A stretch of DNA of 48,307 bases from the IMG/VR virus record IMGVR_UViG_3300009506_000099, positions 1-48,307 of that record. One strand, given 5' to 3'. The translations under genes were made by a program, and so were the position numbers. The stretch is from a virus. Shown here one piece after another: positions 9,789 to 18,940 of the stretch. The notes under the pieces are model-generated. The model saw only the letters and a program-made list of their open reading frames with translations. It was not told the DNA's origin and did no database searches. Every line of letters starts with the position of its first letter. Position 1 is the stretch's first letter.

Positions 9789-10715
9789 ATGCCTGTCGTA
9801 CGAGGACAGTGGGATGAGCTCCTGCGACCTGGAGCCAACAAGGTGTTCCTTGATGAATATCCTCAGCTTCCTTCTCTTTACACGAAGATTTTCTCTGTTG
9901 AGACTTCGGGTAAGAGCTTTGAGGATGACCTGGTAGCCACTGGTCTGCCGATTGCCGTGAGCAAGCCCGAAGGTGAGCCAATCGCCTTCGACCGACCGAA
10001 GTACCGTGGGAAGGTTCGGTACCTCCATGCCGGATATGGGCTTGGTTACGAGATCACTCGGGAGGCCGTTGAGGATGATGTCTATAAGGCTCTCAATAGT
10101 AAGGGAGCCGCAAACCTGGCTTGGTCCCTGAGGGAGGCTGAGGAGGTTACTGCTTGGAACATCATCAATCTCTCGTTCACCACAGTTCAGGCTTATGATG
10201 GGGTTGCTCTCTGCTACGATGCTCACCCCACTGTTACCAGCACGCTGGCTAATAGACCTGGAACTGATGAGGATCTCTCTACTGCGGCTCTGAAGGCTAG
10301 CATGGAGAGATGGTGGGCTCTCACTACTGATCGAGGCCTGAAGATCCAGATTCTTCCCACTATGCTCTTGGTGGGGAATGCGAACTTCTGGGCCGCTCAG
10401 GAGATTCTCCAGACTCAGTATATCACTGGTGCAGCCACTGGTGGTGAGGTTGATACCATCGTGTCTGAGAGGGTCCCGAATATGGTTGGGAAGCTCGGCC
10501 TGACTCCGATGCGTTCCAACTATATCACCGATGATGATGCCTGGTGGACTCTTGGAAGTAAGGGAGTTCACAAGCTCCGGTTCTATTGGAGGACCAAGCC
10601 TCAGAGTGTTGATGGTTTGGATAAGAGGCGTCAGATCTTCTGGTATGGGATCTTCGCTCGTTGGAGCGCTGGTGTCACTGACTGGAGAGGTATTGACGGC
10701 TCTACTGGAGCCTAA
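9789..10715 (+). CDS. Major capsid protein
   Basis: 308 aa with strong RBS AAAGGAGGAG upstream. It follows the portal, scaffold and decoration-like genes. Confidence 0.7.
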   Translation: MPVVRGQWDELLRPGANKVFLDEYPQLPSLYTKIFSVETSGKSFEDDLVATGLPIAVSKPEGEPIAFDRPKYRGKVRYLHAGYGLGYEITREAVEDDVYKALNSKGAANLAWSLREAEEVTAWNIINLSFTTVQAYDGVALCYDAHPTVTSTLANRPGTDEDLSTAALKASMERWWALTTDRGLKIQILPTMLLVGNANFWAAQEILQTQYITGAATGGEVDTIVSERVPNMVGKLGLTPMRSNYITDDDAWWTLGSKGVHKLRFYWRTKPQSVDGLDKRRQIFWYGIFARWSAGVTDWRGIDGSTGA

Positions 10716-10724
10716 GGAGCTATC

Positions 10725-10991
10725 GTGCGAAAGCGAATGATTGCCGTTCTCGTTGATGCCAGAAAGCCTGGTTCTACTGGATGGGCCGCTGTGAGGTCCA
10801 CCAGTAGGATTAGGGTTAAGGGACTAGCCTGTGGAATGATGGAGATTCATTTCTTCGGAAATGGAATGGCTCATAAACCTCTTAATATCCTAGGGGATGG
10901 AGAGTTTAATATCCCTCGAGGCGCGACAAGATTGAGAGTGAAACTTCTAGAGGTAGGGAAGGGCTCAAGAGTCTTTGTTGATATGGAGTGA
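10725..10991 (+). CDS. Hypothetical protein (88 aa)
   Basis: ORF fills the gap between the capsid and neck genes. Confidence 0.45.
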   Translation: MRKRMIAVLVDARKPGSTGWAAVRSTSRIRVKGLACGMMEIHFFGNGMAHKPLNILGDGEFNIPRGATRLRVKLLEVGKGSRVFVDME

Positions 10992-10994
10992 TAT

Positions 10995-11630
10995 ATGGGA
11001 CTGCTTACCCTAGTAGATTTTCGAGATGAACTTGATATTACTTTCGGGGAGAGAGGTATCGAAGAGCCTACTCTCAATAGGTGGATTCACTTCGCTTATT
11101 TAGACTTATGTAGCTCAGTGGATTTTGAGATCCTTGATGAGGAGGACTCTTTCAGTACGGTCTCAGGGACTAGAGCATATAATGATCCAGCAGATGAGTA
11201 TATGCTCATCAAACATATAAGGGATACAACAAGTGATTTTGGCTTGTCTTGGATTCCTAAGGAAGATTTCTTCAGACTGACTGCGGCTGATACTGGACAA
11301 CCGAAGAGATGGACTCTCCACAAGGATAAGATCTATTTCTATCCTAAACCTGACGCGGCGTATGCCTTAAAGGTTATCTACAAGAAAGTTCCAGATGTTC
11401 TTGATGAGGCAGATGTGACTGTCCTGCCTCCCCAGTGGGATCAAGCTATCAGTATGTTCGCTGTCCATTATGGCTATATGGCTATGGGAGAGGAGAATAG
11501 AGGGATTGCTTGGTATAATAGAGCAGTCTCTTATATTCAGACTAGGATGACAGAAGGAGATATGATGAAAGGTCCTGGCCTTCTCTCTTCCTTTAATATG
11601 GGAGATCAGTATGGGGTACCTAACTCTTAA
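10995..11630 (+). CDS. Neck / head-tail adaptor-like protein, paralog 1
   Basis: 211 aa. MGLLTLVDFRDELD..LNRWIHFAYLDL and later blocks align with the next ORF. It lies just downstream of the capsid gene. Confidence 0.45.
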   Translation: MGLLTLVDFRDELDITFGERGIEEPTLNRWIHFAYLDLCSSVDFEILDEEDSFSTVSGTRAYNDPADEYMLIKHIRDTTSDFGLSWIPKEDFFRLTAADTGQPKRWTLHKDKIYFYPKPDAAYALKVIYKKVPDVLDEADVTVLPPQWDQAISMFAVHYGYMAMGEENRGIAWYNRAVSYIQTRMTEGDMMKGPGLLSSFNMGDQYGVPNS

Positions 11631-12261
11631 AGATTTCAGGGATGAGCTTAATCTCTCCCTCGGAGATCATAGGCAAACATCTAACGAGCGTCTAGATCGT
11701 TGGATAAATCTTGGGTATCTCCAAGCAGTTAATGAGAGCTGGTTTGAGGGTATCAAAGAAGTTGCTACAACTAGCACAGTCGCAGATCAGAGAAAATATG
11801 ATGTTCCTACTGATCTTATGGCAATCGTAGGGATAGCTGATCTCACGAGTAAGCATAGACTTATCAAGAGATCTTGGGCCAATTTTCAACTTCTTGATAG
11901 AGATGTAACTGGAGAGCCTAGGTTCTATTGTAGGAGAAGGAGATCCCTCTACCTGTGGCCTGTCCCAGATGATGTGTATGAGCTAGAGATTAACTACCTT
12001 GAGGAGATCTGTCCTATGATTGAGGATACAGATAGGACTGTTCTTCCACAAGCATATGACCCGTGGATTATCCATCTATCTAAGGTTCAGGCTTGGGGAG
12101 CCTTGGGGAATGAACAAAAGCAGGGGTACTATACTCAACTTGCCTCTAGAGAATTTGGTAGACTCCCTACTGATACTTTCTCCATGGATGAGCTTGGTGA
12201 AGGTGTGGATATTGCGAGGAGCTTTGAGGATCTAACTGAAATGAGGACTGAGATTCCATGA
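11611..12261 (+). CDS. Neck / head-tail adaptor-like protein, paralog 2
   Basis: 216 aa. MGYLTLKDFRDELN..LDRWINLGYLQ, PRFY..LYLWPVPDDVYELEINY and TVLPQAYD parallel paralog 1. Confidence 0.45.
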   Translation: MGYLTLKDFRDELNLSLGDHRQTSNERLDRWINLGYLQAVNESWFEGIKEVATTSTVADQRKYDVPTDLMAIVGIADLTSKHRLIKRSWANFQLLDRDVTGEPRFYCRRRRSLYLWPVPDDVYELEINYLEEICPMIEDTDRTVLPQAYDPWIIHLSKVQAWGALGNEQKQGYYTQLASREFGRLPTDTFSMDELGEGVDIARSFEDLTEMRTEIP

Positions 12262-14195
12262 CTGTTTGGACGCCAGAACCTTCCAATTCAGCTAGTTATG
12301 ATGATTCTCAAGATGAGGATAGCTGGGATCCTCACTCAGAGGATGATGTATGGGAGTCAGATACTGAAGGTCCTTGTTGTGCGGATGAGAGATCAGATAT
12401 CCTATGGGTAGTCACTGATCTTCCATCTTTCATGTGGGCCGCTTTCAGTGATGAGCCTTACTCATGGATAAGGACATGGTTGCCAGACTCTAATGATGTA
12501 TGGAATACATACTATGTTCCAGGATATGAGAATGATCCAGGAGTAGGACCATGGGAGGGATATAGTTCTCACTATCCCTGGTATCATAACGATCCAGGAT
12601 CTACTCCCCCTAATGACTATGGGCATGGGAGATTTAATAATATAGGAGTCAGCTACGATCATGTTAATAAGAAGCTGACATTCATGCAGTTCGATGATGT
12701 GGCTTATAATGAATATAGGTATAATCTCCAAGTCACTGAGATAGACTTCTCTGATCTTGATAATCCAGTTATCAGTAAGGTGAAGGATTGGGGAGATGCG
12801 TGGACCTGGTATTCACCTTTCTGGGAAGGAATCGAGGTTCAGAACACTGGCCTTCTTGGGGCTTGCAGATATTGCTATCCAGGAGCTGATGGTCAGCCAG
12901 TTCTTGTCATATCTTCTTGGTATGGAGATATAGGTGTAAGCTACGATAATGGTGCTACTTGGATTCACCGACCGGACTTAGGGCATAATTATCTCGGTCC
13001 TGGAGTATATAGTCTGTCAGAAAATCATAATTACTATTCCATTGAGTATGGCCCTCCAGGATCTGATACGATAGCTCTCGTGGGCACTTGGACTATATGG
13101 AAGAGTAGTAATCTTGGAGATACTTGGGAAATCTCATGGGTATCCTATGGGGCAGGAGATTTTTCAGATCCTGATGGATCAACTTATGGTCCTCTAGAGA
13201 ATGGCAGGTTCTATGAGACATATGCGATAGGGTGTAACAAGAAGCCTGATCCTGACTGCGTATGGATGACTATTGGTTGGAGAGACTCAGAATTAGATCA
13301 AGGAATTGTTCAGAGGAATCTATCCCCAACTCTTGAATATGAGAGTTGGGAGAATACATCTTATAGATTAGTCTCCGCAGAATATGAGTTGGATATCTTC
13401 GAGAGTACAGTTGTCTATCCAAATGATTGGATTGTACCTTCTCAACGAGGACAGCCTTTCATAGTAAGATGTATACCTACGGCTATTAAGTACTTCCCGG
13501 GTAGTGGTAGATGGTGGGCTTTCTGTTTCAGAGAGAATCTTACCTTGTGTAATCCTAATGACTCAAACTTCCTCATCTTTTCAGATGATGATGGACTCAC
13601 TTGGAGTAAGATTCTATGTGATCATCTTAATGAGGAGAACTGGCCAAGTATGCACCCGTTCTTCTCCCCAAGAGCATGGCCTTTCTCTGAGGTAGATGAT
13701 GGATGGACTCAGTGCGTGGCTATGAATTACACTGGATTCGGAGCAGTCTGTGATATTGTTGAGCATCCAGATGATCCTAATATCATTGTCACTGTTGGCT
13801 ATCATTGGCTAAGGGCTCCAGGAACTTGGGATGACCCAGCTGGAAGAGGGGATGGAACTGTATCGTTTGTAGCTCCTTCCGTCACTGCTCAAGAGTTAGC
13901 TGATAATCCCCAGTATGGACCAGGTCTTAGGTCTCTAGGGAATTACAAGGCAGTCTACTGTGTGTCGATGGATGGAGGTCTTACCTGGGGAGACGTAAGT
14001 TGTGTGATGCCTACATGGGCATACCCTTATGCAGATTACGAGACTGGTGAGTTCTATACTAACTATTACTACAGTGCTAATCCTAATGCCTTCAGAATCT
14101 TCCCAATCGTTGGAGCTGTTGAAGGAGGAGAGGCAACTGGTCACGAACCAGGATGGAACCCCGCTGAGGATGATGGAACGTGGACTCAGGAATAA
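12258..14195 (+). CDS. BNR/Asp-box beta-propeller protein (sialidase-like tail spike candidate)
   Basis: Four Asp-boxes of the form SxDxGxTW: SYDNGATW, SSNLGDTW, SDDDGLTW, SMDGGLTW. 645 aa. Confidence 0.7.
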   Translation: MTVWTPEPSNSASYDDSQDEDSWDPHSEDDVWESDTEGPCCADERSDILWVVTDLPSFMWAAFSDEPYSWIRTWLPDSNDVWNTYYVPGYENDPGVGPWEGYSSHYPWYHNDPGSTPPNDYGHGRFNNIGVSYDHVNKKLTFMQFDDVAYNEYRYNLQVTEIDFSDLDNPVISKVKDWGDAWTWYSPFWEGIEVQNTGLLGACRYCYPGADGQPVLVISSWYGDIGVSYDNGATWIHRPDLGHNYLGPGVYSLSENHNYYSIEYGPPGSDTIALVGTWTIWKSSNLGDTWEISWVSYGAGDFSDPDGSTYGPLENGRFYETYAIGCNKKPDPDCVWMTIGWRDSELDQGIVQRNLSPTLEYESWENTSYRLVSAEYELDIFESTVVYPNDWIVPSQRGQPFIVRCIPTAIKYFPGSGRWWAFCFRENLTLCNPNDSNFLIFSDDDGLTWSKILCDHLNEENWPSMHPFFSPRAWPFSEVDDGWTQCVAMNYTGFGAVCDIVEHPDDPNIIVTVGYHWLRAPGTWDDPAGRGDGTVSFVAPSVTAQELADNPQYGPGLRSLGNYKAVYCVSMDGGLTWGDVSCVMPTWAYPYADYETGEFYTNYYYSANPNAFRIFPIVGAVEGGEATGHEPGWNPAEDDGTWTQE

Positions 14196-14593
14196 GTAGA
14201 GAAGAAGCTACTCGGATTATCAGGAGAGCGTGTGGAGATACTCTTCCTCGTCAAGGAGATCTCCTTGTTCTCGATGAAAGAGGAGGTTTCAGGTTCCTCC
14301 CCTTTGGCCTTGTTCCTACGAGTGATGTAGATGATAATTACGATGTTCGGGGAAGAGACGTTCTTATCCTCGGTAATGCTTCAGGAGGAGCGTTCTCAGT
14401 ATATCTCCCCCCTGCAGAGAGTGCAGTGTATAGGCTATTGGTTATCAAGAAGATAGATGCCTCTGCTAATGCTATCACTGTTGATCCAGATGGAGCAGAG
14501 ACTATTGATGGATCTAGTTCATATTCGTTGAGCTCTCAATGGGACTTTTTGATAATAGTCAGCGATGGATCCTCGTGGTATAGGATAGGATAG
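14180..14593 (+). CDS. Hypothetical virion protein (137 aa)
   Basis: ORF overlaps the upstream gene by 16 nt. Beta-rich C-terminus ending ..DGSSWYRIG. Confidence 0.5.
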   Translation: MDSGISREEATRIIRRACGDTLPRQGDLLVLDERGGFRFLPFGLVPTSDVDDNYDVRGRDVLILGNASGGAFSVYLPPAESAVYRLLVIKKIDASANAITVDPDGAETIDGSSSYSLSSQWDFLIIVSDGSSWYRIG

Positions 14594-14600
14594 GATAGGA
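14581..14600. repeat. Pentanucleotide microsatellite (TAGGA)x4
   Basis: taggataggataggatagga spans the stop codon at 14591..14593 and reaches the first base of the holin start codon at 14600. Confidence 0.9.
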
Positions 14601-15094
14601 TGAGAGAACTAGCAATTAAAGACATTATTGATATGCCAAGTTCAGGAGTATCTTACCTAAAGAGCGTTGTGTCTGGAGGTATTCTTAAGTGGATACCAGC
14701 TTCTCTAATCGCGGTGCTAGTTGATATCCAGGATGCCTTTGGTGCCCTCTTTTGGATAGTTGGAATCATGTGGATGTGTGATTTCATCATAGGAACATCA
14801 AAAGCTTGGATGGAGGACCCTTCTCAATTAGAGTGGTCTAAATCCTTCAGGTCAGTCATCAAACTATTTGTAATGGGCTTCGGGGTTCTCTCTATTCATC
14901 TAATAGAACATATGCTTTTGGAGACAGGAGTTAATGTAGAAGGTAAGTTAACAGGAGCGGCTCTCCTCATCATTGGGAGTACTGAGGCTATCTCAATAAT
15001 GGATAATCTTTCGTACTTCTTTCCTGGGTTAGATACACTGACGAGTAGGATCAAGGAACTTTTGAGTAAGGGGAGAAAAAATGGCGGCGATTAA
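14600..15094 (+). CDS. Holin (phage_holin_4-like)
   Basis: 164 aa with several hydrophobic helices. CDFIIGTSKAW and STEAISIMDNL resemble the D-x-ITG and E-x-ISIxEN signatures of that holin family. It lies next to the endolysin. Confidence 0.7.
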   Translation: MRELAIKDIIDMPSSGVSYLKSVVSGGILKWIPASLIAVLVDIQDAFGALFWIVGIMWMCDFIIGTSKAWMEDPSQLEWSKSFRSVIKLFVMGFGVLSIHLIEHMLLETGVNVEGKLTGAALLIIGSTEAISIMDNLSYFFPGLDTLTSRIKELLSKGRKNGGD

Positions 15095-15335
15095 TGAACT
15101 AGATCTGGGGAGGCAGATTCATAACAAGGTAGATATATCTCTGCCTTGGGGAGATCTTCTTGACCAGATCGTAGAGGCGGCGAGGAGTGCAATCGCTGAT
15201 GATATGTGGAGATGGTACAACGAGAATAAGAATGTATCTATTCTCAAGATCAAGAAGTGGATTTTCTCCTGGACCTTGAAAGTGAAGGATACAAGGTTCT
15301 TGTTCGAGCTCTTATTTGGGCCGGAAAATGCCTAG
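15081..15335 (+). CDS. Hypothetical protein in the lysis cassette (84 aa)
   Basis: ORF between the holin and endolysin, overlapping both. No transmembrane segment is evident. Confidence 0.4.
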   Translation: MAAINELDLGRQIHNKVDISLPWGDLLDQIVEAARSAIADDMWRWYNENKNVSILKIKKWIFSWTLKVKDTRFLFELLFGPENA

Positions 15336-15801
15336 ATTCTCCTCTATATCCAAGGAGTCTATAGGGACGTGTCATCCCCTTATCAAGATGCTCCTTTACT
15401 CAGCTATCGAGTATTGGGATTTCATTATCCTCTATGGATTCAGGGATAAGGAGAAGCAGGATTATTTCTACGCGGAGGGAGTGTCGAAGGTCAGGTGGCC
15501 TAATTCCAAGCACAATCACCTCTCCACACAAGAGGATGTTGATGCTGGATGGGCAGAAGGTACTGATGAGCCGCTCTCCCTGGCCTTCGACTTCGCTCCG
15601 TGGCACTCAACTGGGAAGCATATTAGATGGAATGAGAAAAGGGAGTTCTATCACATGGCAGGTCTTCTCCTAGGCATGGGAGAGAGGATAGTAACTCCGA
15701 CAGAGTATAAGTGGAGGTATGGGGGAGACTGGGATTCAGACCAGGATCTCGGGGATCAGACTTTCTTGGATCTCGGGCATATTGAACTCGTTGAACGGTG
15801 A
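15316..15801 (+). CDS. Endolysin, peptidase M15 (VanY / L-Ala-D-Glu peptidase-like)
   Basis: NSKHNH ... LAFDFAPW ... DLGHIEL matches the H..D...H zinc-ligand layout of M15 peptidases. It lies next to the holin. Confidence 0.7.
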   Translation: MGRKMPRFSSISKESIGTCHPLIKMLLYSAIEYWDFIILYGFRDKEKQDYFYAEGVSKVRWPNSKHNHLSTQEDVDAGWAEGTDEPLSLAFDFAPWHSTGKHIRWNEKREFYHMAGLLLGMGERIVTPTEYKWRYGGDWDSDQDLGDQTFLDLGHIELVER

Positions 15802-15804
15802 AAC
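15790..15804. promoter_or_regulatory. parS/OB-like site GTTGAAC-G-GTGAAAC
   Basis: It covers the endolysin stop codon and ends 3 nt before the ATG at 15808. Its reverse complement is identical to the site at 44777. Confidence 0.55.
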
Positions 15805-15807
15805 GAG

Positions 15808-16563
15808 ATGAGCGATACTCTTAGGCGTCCTACGTTAGAAGGCGATCTTATCTCTAGACCTGATGCTCTCTCAGTAGCTAGGAGAGGAGATAGATTCGTA
15901 CCTGGTACGAGTCCAGGGCCAGAAACATATCCCATGAGAGGACAGAACACTATACAGAATCTTCTCCTGGCGGCGAATGAGGGACTTACTGTTCCCCTCT
16001 CGAATTTCGGAATCGAAGGTGGACTTCCAGAGAAGGTATGGGACCCTCGCTTGTTAGGACTCATCGCAGGTATAACTGCTATACTTGAGCCTGGGCCTGG
16101 AGGAGAAGCTAAAGTAAGTAAGGAAGCTCTTGAAGAATCAAAAGGAATAGCTGGTGCTGCTATAAGATTGAGTGATGGAAGAATAGCTATTGGTAGGCCA
16201 ACTCATATGCAAGCCGCTAAGAGTGCGATGGAGCATGGTGGGACAGAGATAAGAGACTTAATTCCAAATGCTTATAGTCCAGAGACATTTGGATTTGTTA
16301 CTGTCGAAGGTCATTATGTAACTCCTCAACAAGCAGGGGAGATAGCCGAGAGAGCAGGACAGCTTCATCCAAATACTATTATTAGGCGGAAAGGAAATAA
16401 AGGAAAGTATATAGATCTATGGTCTGAAGATTTAGCAGCAAGTTATAAAGATCTAGATAAAAACGTTAAGACTGTTGATCTTATGTCTGGTAATGAAGCC
16501 TTACAAAGAACAGAGGATGAAGTTAAGGCTAGTATATTGAGACATAAGGAGAGAGGAAGATGA
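15808..16563 (+). CDS. Hypothetical virion protein (251 aa)
   Basis: Long ORF. Its ATG lies 3 nt after a parS-like site and there is no obvious SD sequence. Confidence 0.55.
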   Translation: MSDTLRRPTLEGDLISRPDALSVARRGDRFVPGTSPGPETYPMRGQNTIQNLLLAANEGLTVPLSNFGIEGGLPEKVWDPRLLGLIAGITAILEPGPGGEAKVSKEALEESKGIAGAAIRLSDGRIAIGRPTHMQAAKSAMEHGGTEIRDLIPNAYSPETFGFVTVEGHYVTPQQAGEIAERAGQLHPNTIIRRKGNKGKYIDLWSEDLAASYKDLDKNVKTVDLMSGNEALQRTEDEVKASILRHKERGR

Positions 16564-18491
16564 ACAAATATAAAGGATCAAGTCCTCTCTCTTCCGAGGG
16601 AGCACCAGTCGCAGACTATGTGGGATCTCTCGATCTAACCAAAGGCTTGGTTAGAAACGTCTCTCCTCGAGAGATAGATCTCGGTGCGACTCCTCTTATC
16701 GAGAATGTCCGGTTCGAGAGAACAGGGATTCGGAAAGACTTTGGGGATCGAGCCCTTGGAAGTGCGGCTCCGTCTCGAGTCCTCTGTATTGTGGAGCACA
16801 AGTTCATCGACGCTAACGGGGATAAGTATTCCCGTCTCATTCGATTAATGAGGCATACTGATGGAAGGGCGAGAACGGAGATCTGGAATGTCGATACAGA
16901 AGCCTGGCAACTTGATGCTCTCACGGTCACGCAGACTATCGACGATGCTTTCGTTCGAGCGATCTCTGTGCGAGGCGTTCTTCTCTTCGCTTGCTTTGGA
17001 TCTCCTATTCTCCAAAGGGAGGAGACGACTCTCTGGCTTGATGAGTATGATGACTTCACAGCAGGTAACTCTCTTGATGCAGCTGGAGAAGAGATATCTG
17101 TTGCTGTTGCTCCGACTGATGTAGTACAGAGTGATGAGTATACAGTATACTATGATGTTGATCTTACTCTCTCGAGTGGAGGTTGGGATCTCATTGTGAC
17201 AGTAGGTCTCTATGTAGATGGAGAGTTTATTGCATCAGAAGAATATACACAAGCTATCGTTGGCTCCTCATCTTATGACAACAATACTTTTGTATTCCAG
17301 AATGAGGGGCTAGCTGAGGGTGGGAATGTCACCCTGAAAGTAGAAGATGTACAGGTTAGCGGAACAACTCCAAGGACTACCCCGATAACTGACCAAGGTT
17401 CAGCCACTCCTCGTTATCAAGCGACAAAGAGTCTAGCGGCAGAAGCGTATAATGATATCTATACCCTATCCTTCACCTTATCGGTGGAGAGTGGGGATGG
17501 AACACCAGGATATGGAATCTGGATTGGCTTCTATTATGATAGTGGGAGTGGATGGATTAAAGCAGGAGAGGAATTCTATCCAGAAGATTTCTATGGGGAA
17601 GTAGAGTATCAGTTCTTCCTCGATGGTATGGGATCTGGTACTAAGTTCGGCTTCCATGTAGAGAGTATGATAGGAGTAGAGGGAGGCCTGGTTGAGAATG
17701 GAGAGCAGGTAGCTTGGGAGGAGAGTACAGCGGTCTACTCCTTCTCAGTCCATGGACATAATGTGCCTATTGATGCTGACACTAATCACGGCGTGGAGTA
17801 TAAGGTAGATGGTGGACAGACAGTTATCTTAGCCCCTATAAGTGGAGCGCCAAATGCTTCTTGGATCGAGAGCTTTGGGGATAGGATCATTGCTCTCCAG
17901 GATGGAGGAGATACACAGAAATTCTCGGCCTCAGCAGATGGTACGCATGATAACTGGACCACCCTTGATTCAGTAGAGACTCTTCTGGTTGATACGAGGA
18001 ATGACCCAGTCGATGATCTAATGTGTGCAGGACCCCTTGCCGCCAATATTCTTGCAGTGATTCGAAGTCGCTCTATAATGAAGGCGTTTGAGACAGGCAA
18101 CTATGATCTGGCAGTAGGGGTGACGCATTGGTTAGAAGGTGTAGGCACTGAGAGTCCTCACTCTATATCAATAACTCCAGCAGGGTTGGTTTTCCTCGGC
18201 CATGATTATATGGTTTATCTGTTATCCGAATCTGGGATACTCCCTATTGGTCAGGCAATCTCACAAGAGCTCATCGAAACTCTTACTAGTAATCTGGATA
18301 GAGTAGATGGAATATATGATCCAATCTATCAGGAATATTGGCTTGGTATCCCTGAGGATGGTGCTGAGTATATGACAGCTACTTATATCCTAGACGTTGG
18401 GAAGTTTATCTCTTCACGAGGAGAGATTGTAAGGTGGAGGAAGCGAGTGCAGAATGTCCAACGATACTCAGTTATAAGTAGTGAGGTATAA
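16560..18491 (+). CDS. Large tail/virion structural protein (643 aa)
   Basis: ATGA overlap with the upstream gene. Size and position suit a tail tube/nozzle-type protein. No motif recognised. Confidence 0.55.
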   Translation: MNKYKGSSPLSSEGAPVADYVGSLDLTKGLVRNVSPREIDLGATPLIENVRFERTGIRKDFGDRALGSAAPSRVLCIVEHKFIDANGDKYSRLIRLMRHTDGRARTEIWNVDTEAWQLDALTVTQTIDDAFVRAISVRGVLLFACFGSPILQREETTLWLDEYDDFTAGNSLDAAGEEISVAVAPTDVVQSDEYTVYYDVDLTLSSGGWDLIVTVGLYVDGEFIASEEYTQAIVGSSSYDNNTFVFQNEGLAEGGNVTLKVEDVQVSGTTPRTTPITDQGSATPRYQATKSLAAEAYNDIYTLSFTLSVESGDGTPGYGIWIGFYYDSGSGWIKAGEEFYPEDFYGEVEYQFFLDGMGSGTKFGFHVESMIGVEGGLVENGEQVAWEESTAVYSFSVHGHNVPIDADTNHGVEYKVDGGQTVILAPISGAPNASWIESFGDRIIALQDGGDTQKFSASADGTHDNWTTLDSVETLLVDTRNDPVDDLMCAGPLAANILAVIRSRSIMKAFETGNYDLAVGVTHWLEGVGTESPHSISITPAGLVFLGHDYMVYLLSESGILPIGQAISQELIETLTSNLDRVDGIYDPIYQEYWLGIPEDGAEYMTATYILDVGKFISSRGEIVRWRKRVQNVQRYSVISSEV

Positions 18492-18940
18492 TGCCATACT
18501 TTCCTCCTTCAGTAGATGATCTACCTGCAACTAGGTTCATCTTATTCTCGGATGCTAATAACAAAACGAGGATCATTGATGAGTCTGAGGTATTAAGGCA
18601 GGGGTTATTCTCTTTTACCGGAAAGTGGGAGAGTCCTACTCTCAATAGAAAGGATCCGACTAAGATCTATACCCTACGGAAGGTTATGATCTTATACGAA
18701 TCCAGTGCGAATACTACTATCTCTATATACCCTACCGGTGATGGAGGAGAGACCTATGGGAGAGTGAGAACATTAGATGTATTGGAGACATCTGGCAGTT
18801 CAATGAGGAGGGGAGTAGTAGGTTTCAATACAAGTGGTTTTGATCTTCGCTTCCGCATAGACCTAGATACCGATGAGGTGGTGACTATCTATGGATACAA
18901 AGGAACGGTTGTTGAGCGCTCTGACATCTTCATTTCCTGA
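18491..18940 (+). CDS. Hypothetical virion protein (149 aa)
   Basis: Start overlaps the upstream stop. Confidence 0.55.
   Translation: MPYFPPSVDDLPATRFILFSDANNKTRIIDESEVLRQGLFSFTGKWESPTLNRKDPTKIYTLRKVMILYESSANTTISIYPTGDGGETYGRVRTLDVLETSGSSMRRGVVGFNTSGFDLRFRIDLDTDEVVTIYGYKGTVVERSDIFIS

Noticed and set aside
9265-10571. 238-aa and 266-aa minus-strand ORFs antisense to the decoration and capsid genes
   Set aside because: They are shadow ORFs opposite well-supported structural genes, with no RBS and no motifs.
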